The notes beneath the pieces are model-generated. The model searched no databases and had not been told where the DNA came from. It saw nothing but the letters and a program-made list of their open reading frames with translations. From Anaeramoeba ignava BMAN (lineage: Eukaryota > Protista > Anaeramoebae): a DNA stretch of 64,000 bases. The stretch lies in NCBI GenBank assembly GCA_028826165.1, contig JAPDFW010000068.1:248001-312000 (forward strand). The letters run 5' to 3'. The translations under genes and the position numbers were made by a program. Shown in pieces: positions 41,621 to 56,017 of this stretch (position 1 is its first letter; every line of letters starts with the position of its first letter).

Positions 41621-44600
41621 ATGTTTGCTCTTCAATTCTTATTTTCTTTAATTTTGGTTTTTGTTGTTAATTCTATTTTAATTCGTAAATTAAATTATTT
41701 TTTTTTATTTTTTTTTTTACTGGTTCAAAAAACAAACAAAACACACAAACAAAACAAAATACACAAAAACAAAACACAAATTTATATTTATATTTATATT
41801 TATATTTATTTAAATTTATATTTATATTTATAATTATATTCTTAATTTATATTTATATTTATATTCTTAATTTATATTTATATTTATATTTATATTTATA
41901 TTTATAATTATAATTATATTTATATTTATATTTATATTTATATTTATATTTATATTTATATTTATATTCTTAATTTATATTTATATTTTATATTTTATTT
42001 TTTTTATATTTATATTTATATTTTATATTTATATTTATATTTTATTTATTTTTATATTTATATTTAATTAATTTATATTTATATTTATATTTATAATTTA
42101 TTTATATTTATATTTATATTTATATTTATATTTATATTTATTTATATTCATATTTTTTTATTTTTTATATTTATATTTAGATTTTATATTTTTATTTATA
42201 TTTATATTTATATTTATATTTATATTTATATTTATATTTATATTTATATTTTATATTTATATTTATATTTTTTATATTTTATATTTATATTTATATATTT
42301 ATATTTATATTTATATTTTATATTTATATTTATATTTTATATTTATATTTATATTTTATATTCTTAATTTATTTATATTTATCATATATTTTATATTTAT
42401 ATTTTAAATTTATATTTTAATATTTTATTTTTATATTTATATTTATATTTATATTTAAATTTATATTTATATTTTATATATTTTAATTTAATTATAATTA
42501 TATTTCATATTTTATATTTATATTTATATTTATAATTATATTTATATTTATATTTATTTTATATTTTATATTTTATATTTCATATTTATATTTTATATAT
42601 TTTTATATTTATATTTTATATTTTATATTTATATTTATATATTTATATATTTATATTTTATATTTTATATTTATATTTTATATTTTATATTTATATTTAT
42701 AATTTATATTTATATTTTATAATTATATTTTATATTTTATATTTATATTTATATTTTATTTAAATTTATATTTTATTTATATTTATATTTTATATTTATA
42801 TTTTATATTTATATTTATATTTATAATTTATATTTATATTTATTTTTATATTTTATATTTATATTCTTAATTTATTTATAAATTTATATTTATATTTATA
42901 TTTATTTATTTTATATTTTAATTTATATTTTTACATATTTTATATTTTATATTTATATTTTATATTTATAATTATACATTTATATTTTATATTTATATTT
43001 ATATTTATATTTATATTTATATTTATATTTTATTTATTTTATATTTATATTTATATTTATATTTATATTTATATTTTATATTTATATTTATATTTATATT
43101 TATATTTATATTTTATATTTATATTTATATTTTATATTTATATTTATATTTATATTTATATTTATATTTATATTTATATTTATATTTATATTTATATTTA
43201 TATTTATATTTTATATTTATATTTATATTTTATATTTATATTTTTATATTTATATTCTTAATAGATTTATATTTATATTTTTATAATTATATTTATATAT
43301 TTTATATTTTATATTTTATATTTATATATTTTAATTTTTATTTATATTTATATTTATATTTATATTTATATTTATATTTATATTTATATTGATATTTATA
43401 TTTATATTTATATTTATATTTATATTCTTAATTTATATTTATATTTATAATTATAATTATATTTATATTTATATTCTTAATTTATATTTATATTAAATCC
43501 AAAAGAAAATGTGATCGATTCGTCATATTTACTAGAAGTATATGAAACACAAGTAATATCACACATCAGATGTAGTAACACTGACTATTTAATTGGAACA
43601 TATGAACATCTTTCATATAAAAGAATTTTCGTTGAAGAATTCATTAACGGGATATACCAGACAGGAAGGGTTTTGGGATCTACAACAACACAATTACATT
43701 TATCAAGCGTTAGTTTAACCGAATTCTGGGGGTATTGCTTTATAACACTAGCAGGAAACGTAACAGGAAGTGGATTCATCGGGACAATTGATGCATATCA
43801 AAACGTAACAGGACCAATTTCATTATCATCAGGATTCATGTATATATATTATCCCCATAGTATTTGGTTCTCAAGCGCCTTTGGAGATGGTTCTTATGAT
43901 TTGGATATATCAGGATTTGAACTTTTCAATGATGGCTACGATTATTTATATCTTCTCCTTTCGGGATATTCTGCAAATACTTTGTTTCCACCACTTCATA
44001 ACCAATTGAGGAATTTTTCGGATGAAAATCAAGAACAAGACGGATTCATGTGTCTTTTCTATTGGGATACAGGAAACTATTTAGATCTTATGTTCAGCAC
44101 TTTCCTCGGAACAACAGCAATGACGAATTTGAGCACTGGAAATCTAGTTGTTTATGAAGAAGAAGGATATCAAATTCCCACTTATTTACTGACTGGATAC
44201 ACAAAAGGCCAACTTTCGTTAATAACGGAATCAACTGCAATTCTCACTTCAAATCCATCACTTTATTCCGGATCTTACTCTTCTTTTATCATCCATTTAA
44301 AATTGACCAATATTACAATTACAACGCTCAACCTACTTTTTGGAATATGGTAGTTTCATCGGCGGTTTGAATGAGGACAGGATCACAAGCTTTACTACTT
44401 ACCAGCAAATCCCCCTCAATCACAAACGGATTCATCTTCTATTTTGCCGGAATCACTAAATCAACTGATTTGATTGATTACATCAAAAACGAACATTCCT
44501 TTTCAAACAAACAAAACATCGACAAGTTACTATTCAGCATTTATTTTCTCGATTGATTCAAATTATTCCTTTTTAAGTGGAACACTTTTTGAGGGACAAA

Positions 44601-47065
44601 TTGCAAAGTTATTACATCAGTCAATTGTCTGGAAGTTTTGAAGATGATGGGGTAATGATATGTGGCTCAACATATTGCACAGCGGATCAAGTGATGATTG
44701 AAAAGAGTCCTTGCAACCAGAAAAAATTAGGAGGATTATTCGATTTAGATCCAACATTAGTAATTTTCGATTCGAATTTAACGACGCTCAGATTTTCGTC
44801 GTATATCGGGTCATTTGGCGCGGCTCAAGCAACGCTATCCTTTTCTCCAAGAGAAATCTACGTTTCGGTAAAAACATCATCGCGAATATTCCCGATTAAA
44901 GGAAACTATCTTGATCCCACACTTAATGGATTTTCTTCAGGCGGTTTTTCATGCTTTTTGATGGATTTGATTGTCCCTAAAGGATACACATGCTCTCAAT
45001 CCACTTATGCCTGTGTGGAGTGCTCTATAGGAACTTATAAAGACTTCCATCGGCGCAGATGAATGTCTCCGAATGTCCCTACCAACCTACCAGAATGAGA
45101 CGGGGAAAATATTCTGTTATGAATGTCCGCCATCAACTTTACACAATGGACACAAAAATCAACGAGTATTAGCGATTGTGTTTCCGCAAACGTTCCTATT
45201 AAGATTGAGCTCAACATGATTTCGCTCAATTCCATAAGTGGGATTATATACTTATTTCTTGGGAATCCCCTTTCAACGGAGGATCTGAGATTACCGACTA
45301 CCGAATCCAAGTTTATGAACAAACTAACTCATCCAATTGCGTTCTTAATACAACATATTCAAACACTTCATATCTTTTCTACAATTTGTCTTCTGGACTC
45401 CAACCAGGAGTCATTTATGCTGTTAAAATTGCTGCCGAAAACGCACCGGTTTGGGTTCTTGGTCTGACGAGAAAACAACCATAACAGATAATGTTCCTGC
45501 TCAAGTCTCTTCAATAAATTACAACTTGCAATCTGGTTATATCACCATCAACTGGAACAAACCAAACGATAATGGAGATCCTATTACTGGATACTATATT
45601 ATAATCACTTCTCAAAATTCATCAAATATTTCTTTTGAATTTTCTTCTGTTTTTGAAAATGTCTCGTTTTATTGGGTGATCTATTCGGTTTCCAGACATA
45701 CAATATCGTTATTATTGCTGAGAACTGGATCGGAAACGGAAGTGAATCAAATGAGTCTGTTTATTTCACGACTCAACAATCTCAAGTTCCCGAAAAAATC
45801 GATTCAATCAATATCACACATTCACATTCCGAATTACAAATTTCTTATTTCATGGAAATCCCGAACTGGAACGGATCGCCTATTATCCAGTACACAATTA
45901 TCTTTGATCCAACAATCCCCGGATTTGGTTCTGTTATCACAACAAACTCTTTCAATCTATCTTTATTCCAATTTTTCTGAGAAATCATACACTATTCAAG
46001 TTTTTCTGAAAATTCTATTGGTTCAAGTGAAATCAGTGAAGAGTATCAATTCTCTGTTGACAAAATTCCTGAAGAAATCACTGGCTTTTATTGTGCGTCG
46101 ATTTACTAATATGATTATTTTCAAATGGGATCCTTCTGATGATTTAAATTTGGATTATTATGAGTTTTATTCTCAACCTGAAATTTATAATTTTCCGAAA
46201 AATTTCACTTCTTATTCTTTTGTCATGGATTATTCTTATTTGACCTCTGGTGTTGTTTATGTTTGTAAAATAAGAGGGCATAATTATGTAGGGAATGGAG
46301 AATGGAGCATTGTTCAAAGTTTTGAATCACCTAGTAAATCAATTTCAAATTAAAATTAAAATTAAAATTAAAATTAAAATTCAATTCAAATTAAAATTAA
46401 ATTAAAATTCAAATTAAATTTAAATTTAAAATTAAAATTAAATTAAAATTAAAATTAAAATTAAAATTAAAATTAAAATTCAATTAAAATTAAAATTAAA
46501 ATTAAAATTAAAATTAAAATTAAAATTAAAATTAAAATCAAAATCAAAATTAAAATTAAAATTAAAATTAAAATTAAAATTAAAATTAAAATCAAAATTA
46601 AAATTAAAATTAAAATCAAAATTAAAATCAAAATTAAAAATTAAAATTAAAATTAAAATTAAAAATTAAAATTCAAATTAAAATTAAAATTAAATTAAAA
46701 TTTAATTAAAATTAAAAAATTCAAATTAAAATTAAAAATAAAAATTAAAATTAAAATTAAAATTCGTAATTCAAAATTAAAATTAAAATTAAAATTAAAA
46801 TTAAAATTAAAATTAAAATTAAAATTAAAATTAAAATCGAAAAATTTAATTAATTAAAATTAAAATTTAAAATTTTTAAAATTCAAATTAAAATTAAAAA
46901 TTAAAAAAATAAAATTAAAATTAAATCAAAAATTGAAACAAATTAAAATTAAAATCGGAAAAATTTTTAAAATTTATTTTATTTTTCTTTTTAGATTCAG
47001 CAATTTTAATCAATTCAATTTACTTTTATCAATCTATTTTGTTATTTTTCTTTTTCTTCTTTAAA
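41621..47065 (+). CDS. Secreted or surface protein: signal peptide, SBBP-like beta-propeller repeats, Cys-rich C..C..GTY repeat, 3-4 FN3, hydrophobic C-terminus (possible GPI signal); frameshifted
   Basis: Exon 1 41621-41684 (MFALQFLFSLILVFVVNS); intron 41685-43505 joins in frame to ORF 43511; DGFMCLF..FSTFLG, AGITKSTD, FSSYIG; CVECSIGTY; WNKPNDNGDPITGY, KIRGHNYVGNGEWS; last exon from 46995. Confidence 0.65.
41800..43495. repeat. (TATATT)n microsatellite filling a 1.8-kb intron
   Basis: Directly visible. Confidence 0.92.
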
Positions 47066-47224
47066 CAGAAAAAGGAACAAAAGAAAAATCTTTTTCATTT
47101 TTGATTTTGATTTTTAATGAATGTTTTTAAACAAAAAGAAAGAAAGAAAAATTTTTGATTTTGAATTTTCATTTTTTTTTTGTGTTTTTTTTTTTCATCC
47201 AATATAAAAAGATTTAAAAATTAA

Positions 47225-50200
47225 ATGAAAAATAAAATAAAAATAAAAATAATAAAGATAATAAAAATAAAGATAATAAAGAATCCCTTTATCATTATCA
47301 GAACTTTAATACAATTTACACTTGAATCATGGAATCAAAGAAAAAAATGAATGATTAGAGAAATTAAATCATTATTTAATCAAGAAACACAAAAATGAAA
47401 ATGAAATTAAAAAAAATTGAAAATGAAATTAAAAAATGAAATTGAAATTGAAAATGAAATGAAAAATGAAAATGAAATGAAAAATGAAAATGAAAAAATG
47501 AAAATTTAATTGAAATTGAAAATGAAAAATCAAAAATCAAAAACAGCAAAAATCAGCAAAAACAAAAAGCAAAAACAAAAATTTTTGAAGTTTGTCAAAA
47601 CAATTAATTAATCCTCAAGCATTTTGTGGAGAAAAACCAAATGCACTTTTTATAGAATATATAATTGTTGAATTGATGAGCACATTTTTGCCTATTCCAC
47701 TTTACAATTGAGGAGAAATAAGCGAACATATTGATGTTCGATCACCACACAAGTTCAAAAGAGTTGATTGATATTGTTGAACATGTCATTTCAATTCCTA
47801 ATTGCATTGTTATAAATCAAAAATGTAAAGAAATTCTTCTCATCATGGAAAATTTCAAATGTTGGGTTTTTAAGTCCGGAAATATGTTTGACATGACAGA
47901 ATCACGACCAAAAATGGAAACAACTCATGCATTTGAGTTTGAGTTTGAATTCCGATTTGGAAATTGAGGACACTATCAACACAATCAGAAACCAAACTGG
48001 AAGAAAACTGGGCATTTTGGGAGCATTTATATATTCATTCAAAAATGCAAGAGGATCATCAAAAAGAATCCTATCATCGCCCAGTAGTTTTATTGTTCTT
48101 TAAACACACACAATTTGAATTTTGTTGAATCATGGGATGTTTTTGTTGAACTAGCTCAAGCAATTATACAAATGGATGGGAACAAGAAATTGAAGCCGTT
48201 TTTAAAAACTAGTCGCGCCAATTGGCGTTCCAATGGATTGAATTTCCTGATGGCGACAACCCAATCACGCTCACAGAGCCTAATGAAATTAGTGGAGACA
48301 CAACTTGGAATTTTTGTTTTGCTTGGATCATGAAGGAATTTAAGACAAAGAGCATTGAATACATCAAACCTTCAACATTTAACTTCGCGCGCAAGCTGAA
48401 TATTTTTGAAAGGATCAAATAATTATTCACAACAGAATTTCTATTCCAAATTTATCAACACGTTGTTTCATATTCATTTTTGCTTCCAAGAAGAACAGAA
48501 ATCTTTATTTGCAAAGTTTCTATTCAACAAAATTGCAATGTTTTGGTCTTTTTGGAAAAGCAAAAAGGACAAGAAAAACCAAAAACGAAAACTTTCTTTC
48601 AGATCTTATCCAAGAATTACAAAAACAACTTTGTTTATCTGGAAAAATACACACCCGACGATTCTGAATATATGGATACGCTTCTTGAGCAAATCGTCTG
48701 GAAGCGCCAAAAGTACCCAAAAAAAGCAAAGATCCTTCATGGAGCTTTTGTTGAACAGCGAAGAGAGCCAAGTCCCCGCAACACAGGGTTTTGGTCCGGA
48801 CAAAATTTCCACATTCACTTTTCGGGAAACTACTCATACACAACTCCACAATCCCAGATCGATATCAAAGGCAACGAGAAAAATCATTTTGATGAAAGAG
48901 ATCCCAATTCTTACAACTCAATCAATGCATTAAACTCTCTTGATCAAGCAAGAGGAATTGATTTCTCTGCAAAATATCAACAAATGCAGAAAAACAAGGT
49001 CTGGAGCAAAAAACAACCCCTACCTTAAATATGGATCAAAACTACCAGAAAAACCAAAATATTTCTGATAATGAACTAAATCAAAATCTCGTGATGAATA
49101 GAAACATCTCAAATTTAAACACCAATTCAATCGGTGAATTTTCTTCTCTCGAATTTGATCCAAGATTTAGAGATCTAATAGTAAAATTTACGACCAAGAT
49201 CCAAATTTCACAAACAAAATGAACTTCTCTGATTTTAGATTCAATAGTATTAGCAAAAATCGAGGCAATTTGACAATAAAATGAAAATATCCAAAATCAT
49301 CGCGAGTTTTCATCAAGACAATCACCATTAATTTCTGGTGATTTTTTATAATTCTTCAGGAAATTCAAGCAAAAACCAAGCCATTTGATTCACAATTATA
49401 TGATTCACAACCATTTTTCGAAAGAAATTTCGAATCAAAACTAGAACAGAAAATACGAAGAATTCTGACTTTGTGAAATTAATAACCAAAAGAAAATACC
49501 AACAACAACATCGAAATCGCAACAAAATATAGTGTATCATTCACTAAATGATCTTCAACAGGCACCATTAACACAAAAAGATGTTGTTGCAATGATTAAT
49601 ACAATCATGAGCATTTTACAAGCGATCAAGCAAAGGGAGATCACAAAGACTTTTGAAAATTTCCATGAGACCCAACCAATATGATCTCGCTAAGAATATG
49701 ATCCAGCAACTATTGATTGTGAAAACGGGAGATTTTTCGATGACACAGAACAGAAACGAACGGCTTAATGAAACAATATTTGAAATCACAAGAGCTTTTT
49801 ATCTGTTCTCATCCAAAATTTGGAGGCAATCAATCTCCACAATTTAATACCAAAATTGTTCGAAACACTTGTGGATCTTGCGAACTATGTTGACTGTAAA
49901 AATTGTCTCGCTTCACACAAATAAAATTTTCAGCAATCAGATTTTTGCTTGGATGGAATTCAATGGAACATATTATTAATACCTTTTGTTTTGGAAAAGA
50001 CGGCACAATTGGAGTAGGAGCAGGAAATGTTGTCAAATTACGGGAACTGATTAAAAAAAAGTGCTTGAAATTATCCTGAAAAATCATGTCTTTATTGGTT
50101 TGATGATTTTGTTATGTATAAAGATGGTTTGAAAAAGGATTTTTATTTTAAGAATAATTCTCAAAACGAAAGACTCAGTTTGGAAGATTCAAATTTAAAA

Positions 50201-52740
50201 AAAAAGCGTTTCATTTTTGAATAGTTTATTTATGAAAGATTTAGATACAATGAAATTAAGTGATATTCATGAATTTTTGGTCTCTTGTTAGAAGTTTTTC
50301 TTCTATTTGTTTGTTTTTGAGAATAATTTACAGATACAGATCCAATATTTTAGTTAAGAAAGTTTCTGATACATTTCAAAAATTTTTCAATTAAAAATTC
50401 TAAGCATCCAATTTCAAGATTTATTACTTGTTTAAAATTGTAAAAATTCAATATTCAATTCAAATCAATTTAAATGAAAATTAAATGAAAAAATTGAATT
50501 CAATTAAATTAAAATTAATATTAAATTCAATTCAATATTCAATTAAATTCAATTAAATTCAATAATTTAATTCAATATTCAATATTCAATAATATCAATT
50601 TAATCCAATATTCTATTTCAATATTCAATATTCAAATTCAATATTCAATATTCAATATTCAATATTCAATTCAATATTCCAAAATTAAAATTAAAAATTA
50701 AAATTCAATATTCAATATTCAATATTTGCCCAAATTCAATATTTCATTCAAAATTTAATTCAAAATATTCACATTCAATTCCAAATTCAATATTTAATTC
50801 AATATTCCAATATTTAAATGCATTATTCACCAATATTCAATTAAATTAAATTCAATATTCGGCCAATATTCAATATTCAATATTCAATTACCAATATTCA
50901 ATTTCAATTTACTCATTCAATATTCAAATATTCAATATTCAATATTCAATATTCAATATTCCTTCATCTTTTCAATTTGAATTCAATATTCAATTCAATA
51001 TTCAATATTCAATTCAATTCAATTCAATATTCAATAATTATTCCACATATTCAATTTAATGGCCACATATTCACCAATATTTGCCTCCCAATATTCAATA
51101 TTCAATATTCAACCATTCATTCGTATTTCAATATTCAATATTTAAATATTCAATATTCAATATTCAATATTTAATTCAATATTCAATATTTTCAATATTC
51201 TAATTCAAAAATTCAAATTAAAAATTCATTCCAAAATTCAAATTCAATTCAATATTAATTCACTAATCCATTCGTATTCCGTATTCAATTCAATTTATTC
51301 AATATTCAATTCAAATTCAATATTCAATATTCATATTCTCAATAATTTAATTCAATATTCAATTTTTAATATTCGGTATTCAATATTATAATTCAATATT
51401 CATTTAATAATTCAATTCAAAATTTAATATTTCAATTTCAATATTCAATATTTTATTATTCAAAATTCAATATTCAATTCAATATTCAATATTCACATTC
51501 GTATTCAGTATTCAATATTCAATATTCATTATTCGAATTAAAAAATTAAAATTTAAATGAAAATTATTCAATATTTCAAATTTAAATTCAAAATTAAAAT
51601 TAAATTCAAAATTAAAATTAAATTCAAATTCAAATTAAAAATTCAAATTCATTCCTTCTTTTGTTTAGGCATACCAACTAAAAATATATTACCAACACTT
51701 TATAGATTATTTTAAAATTACAGATTCTCTCAAATGAATACCATAAATAAATTCCAAATCAACTGGAATGAAGATTCAATGAAAATTTTAAACGAGCATT
51801 TAACTCAATTTACACATTTACAAACTTAAGACACTTTCGTTCAAATCACGCAAAAGATATTAATTTTCAAGAAGCAATTCACATTGTTTGGAAAATTCAA
51901 CAAACGAATTTGGAAATTATATAACAGGCACATATTTTATCAATTCTTTATTAGAAAAATCACACAATTTCTATCACAAAATTCAATATTCAAAATTAAA
52001 TGAAAAAGATTTTCTTGAATTTGTTTCACCTTCTTTTTGAACAATCTTTAAGAAAAGCACAAGTTTGCTTCTGCTTTTGATTTCCGATCTTCAAACTCGG
52101 AATCATTGATTTTTATGCATTTATCAGGAAATTGGCTCATCATTGATTCCCTTTATAAAAACAAAAAGTCTGTTGGCCATATTTTTTTTCATTTCTTTTT
52201 ATTCAATTGCTTACACTGGAATTTTGAAATACTTTCATCACTTTTTCAAAATGAAGAAAATTTTCAAGGAATAATAGAAAAACCAATCACAAGAAATCAA
52301 AAAGAAAAACTGGGAAATCAAAACCGAAAAGAAACTCAAAAAATCACCTCAATCAATAAACGAGAGAACTACAACAGAAACAGTCCGACTCAAAGAATCA
52401 AACTTTGAATATTCAATTTCTTCAAATTTGGTGAATAGTCTTCTATTTTCCTTCATTTACTCACAGAATTAATCGAGGATATCAACAATAATACTATCAT
52501 CGTGGATACATTGATGATTTATATCCAACATTATGTTTCCCAATTGTTTATTTGAGTCTTATTACAAGAAAATATCCTGGTTTCTTCAAAATTTTTGTAT
52601 TTTTGAAGAAAATCATGATCGAACTCGTTTGTTTCTTTCATTAACAAGACTTGGACATCATAATTTAGCTTTTGCTTTATTTGATTTCTCTCAAAAATGA
52701 GAGAAGAAATATTAGCTTTGTATCGCTCAATGAATAAGTA
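47225..52740 (+). pseudogene. Large unidentified coding locus broken by many frameshifts and stops (pseudogene or poorly polished gene); probable intron ~50440-51668
   Basis: Higher GC and coding-like composition, a chain of short + strand ORFs (47731-49847, 52106-52408), TTCAT motifs upstream of ATG 47225, (TTCAATA)n block bounded by GT and AG; no domain recognised. Confidence 0.45.
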
Positions 52741-52933
52741 TATCTAAATTTTTATTATAATAATTATAATTATAATTATTTTTAAGAAAAAGAAAAAGAG
52801 AATCAAAAATTTCAAAACAAGATTTTGAAAGGAAAATTTTTAAATAAAAATAAAAAGAAATAAAAAGATCTTTCCGTTTTTGTTTTAACATGAAAAATAA
52901 AAAAATAATAATAATTAAAAATAAAAATAAAAA

Positions 52934-55655
52934 TTAATTTATATCTGAACCAAGAATTAATAATAAATTGGAATTCACATTTAATTGATAATAATCAATT
53001 GCATCATATAATTCTCTTTGAAAACTTCATCACTTGGTTGTTCTAAAAATTCATCAAAATATAAAAATTCAATCAGAGCTTTAATTTTGCATTTTGAGAT
53101 TTTCCACTATAATCATTAACTTGATCTGATGAGTCTTTAACAGTTAAAAACATTCCACGATATAATTTCCTTCTTATAATTAAAACAACCTTATGGATTT
53201 TAAAATGGAATTCAGAAACAACAATAATTGTGAAATCTTTATTTTGATCTTGATAATAAATTTTTCTTAAATCATTAATTAATCCTTTTGCCAGATTTTT
53301 GAACTAACCAATTTTCTTCTAATCCAGTATCTTTTTAACTATTTGGGAAAATTTTTCTGTTTCGAACTTGGAATTTTGAAATTTTTCCATAAAGAAAAAG
53401 AACAAAAAGAATATCGACATAATCATATTTTTGCAAATGGTTAAAAATCTTGAAATAACGGTTTCATCTTGGCTAATTCTTGCTTTCAATATAAATTTAT
53501 GAACCATAATTTCTCCTGTTCTACATTTAATTGTAACATCTGTGAATTCTTTTCTTTCGTAAAAACGAAGAAAATCTTCAACATAACTATTACTACATTT
53601 AATAACTTTTTTTTCTTTTTCTCCAGCAAGAAAAAGTGGTGTTTTATTCTTTATTTTTTGAAAATGGAATTTTAAATGAGAAAGAAATGTTTTTCAATCT
53701 AAAAATTTTTTGAGAATAACTGACAGTCTATTTTATTTTTATTTTTATTTTGGATTTTCGAATTATTATTATTATTATAATTTATGATTATTTATCCCAA
53801 ATTTACTTTCTAAATTAATTTTTTAATTTTTAATTGAATGAAAAAAAATTTTTTAGAATTAATTTCAAACATCTTTTTGATTTTGATCACATCCTGCTTC
53901 AACAAGTAATCTAATTCCATCAAAATTAGATTTTTCAACAGAAAAATGTAGTGCATTTTTTCCCTTTAAAAAAATTTCAAAAAGATTTAAAAAAATTTAC
54001 TTTAAAAAAAGCAAAAAAAAAAGCAAAAGAAAATCTTACAATCTATTTTTTTATTTATTTTAAAAAGAGGATTAAAAAAATAAATAATTTAAAGAAGAAT
54101 TTGGAATATTTTTTACATCCTAATTTTTATTAATAATTAATTAATTAATAATTAATAAATTAATAATTAAATTCAAGAGATATACAGTAGTTTGATTAAC
54201 ATCAACATCAGAATCAATTAAAAATTTTATAATTTGAGGATCTACTTTATAAAAACAAGCATAATGTAATATTGATCCACCCTATAAAGTTAAAATTCAT
54301 TTCAAAATTCATTTCAAAATTAAATTCAAAGTTAAAATTCATTTCAAAATCAAAATTCATTTCAAAATTCATTTCAAAATTCATTTCAAAATTCATTTCA
54401 AAATTCATTTCAAAATTAAAATTCATTTCAAAATTCATTTCAAAATTCATTTCAAAATTCATTTCAAAATTCATTTCAAAATTCATTTCAAAATTCATTT
54501 CAAAATTAAAATTCATTTCAAATTTAAAATTCAAATTAAATTCAAAATTAAAATTAAATTCAAAATTCATTTCAAAATTCATTTCAAAATCAAAATTAAT
54601 TTCAAAATTAAAATTTAAAATCAAAATTAAAATTCATTTCAAAATCAAAATTCAAATTAAATTCAAAATTAAAATTAAATTCAAAATTCATTTCAAAATT
54701 CATTTCAAAATCAAAATTAATTTCAAAATTAAAATTAATTTCAAAATTAATTTCAAAATTCATTTCAAAATTAAAATTAAAAGAAAAATTAAGAGAAAAA
54801 TTCTAAATAAAAAAAATGAAAGGATGAAATAATAATTACTCCCTTTTTTTAAAAAAAAATTCAATTAAAAAAAAATTCAATTAAAAAAAAATTCATTTAA
54901 AATTTTACTTTCTAAAATGGAAATAAATTTAGATTTTAATTTAAATTTTAATTTAATTTTCAATTTATATACATTAACAGCATTAATATCTGCTCCATTT
55001 TTAACTAATTTAGAAAATATTGAAAAACTAACTCTTCCTAAACAAGCAAAATGTAAAACAGATTCTTGCTAAATAATTAAATAATTGAATAATTAAACAA
55101 ATAATTAAAATTTTATATAAAAATTAAAAAGAAAATAAATTCTAAATTTTACATCCTAAAAATTCATTTAAAATTATTGTAAAACAAATGAGAACAATTT
55201 ATTAATAAGCAAAAATAAACATCTTCCTTTTTAAATTAAAGAAAAAAAAAAAAGAGAAAGTGAATAAAAAATTAAAACAATAAAATTTCTTTTAAAAATT
55301 AAGATTTAAATTAATTAATTTACAGTTTTTTTTAATAAATCAGCTCCTGATTTAATAATTTTATCAATAATTTCTTCTTTTAATTGATGTTTACATGCAA
55401 TTTGTATTGGAGTTAAACCCTTTTTTTATAATAAAAATGTAAATAAAATCAACTAATTCAAAAAGAAGGTTTTTCGAAATTTTTTTTTAAAAAGAAAAAT
55501 ATTTTACTTTCTATTTAAAATAATAATAAATCATAATAAATTTTTTTTTCTTTTTTTTTATTATTATTATTTACTATATAATCATTAACTTTTTCTGGTA
55601 AGAATTTTTCAATTTTTTCTAAATCATCAGATCTTAAAGCAATTTCAAAATCCAT
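52934..55655 (-). CDS. Ankyrin-repeat + C-terminal BTB protein; multi-exon, frameshifted
   Basis: GLTPIQIACK..GAD, ESVLHFAC..LVKNGADINAVN, GKNALHFSV..LLVEAG; BTB DFTIIV..FKIHKVVL..LYRGMF..LIEFLYFD..AIDYYQL. Confidence 0.78.
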
Positions 55656-56017
55656 TTTGAAAAATAAATCAAAAAGAAAATGAATAAAAATGAAAAATGA
55701 AAAAATTAAAATTAAAATTAAAATTAAAATTAAAATCAAAATTAAAATTTAAAAATTAAAAATTAAAATTAAAATTTAAAAATTAAAAATTAAAATTAAA
55801 ATTATAATCAAAATTAAAATTAAAATTAAAATTTAAAAATTAAAAATTAAAATTAAAATTAAAATTAAAATTAAAAATTAAAATTAAAATTAAAATCGGA
55901 TAAAATAATTTTTTTATTCTATTTCAAAAAATCAAATCAAATGAGAAAAAAAATGAAATTTAAGAAAGAAAAAAAAAAGTGGAATGAATTTTAAGAAAAA
56001 AAAAAAAAGTGGATTAT

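Noticed and set aside
48780-48970. GFWSG and DQARGIDF as helicase or DUF3638-type motifs
   Set aside because: No Walker A/B or motif VI is found; the similarity is too short to support
49987-50060. CFGKDGTIGVGAGNVVKLREL resembles a Hint/intein block A (CF..D..V....G....I.EL)
   Set aside because: No following GD.V, TxxH block B or terminal HN motif is found in nearby frames; likely coincidence, though an HMM check is cheap
14900-54300. Numerous frameshifts read as programmed frameshifting, RNA editing or mass pseudogenisation
   Set aside because: They are mostly single-base indels in homopolymers, are patchy along the window, and affect even the conserved VPS24; long-read consensus error is the simpler explanation, though reads are needed to confirm
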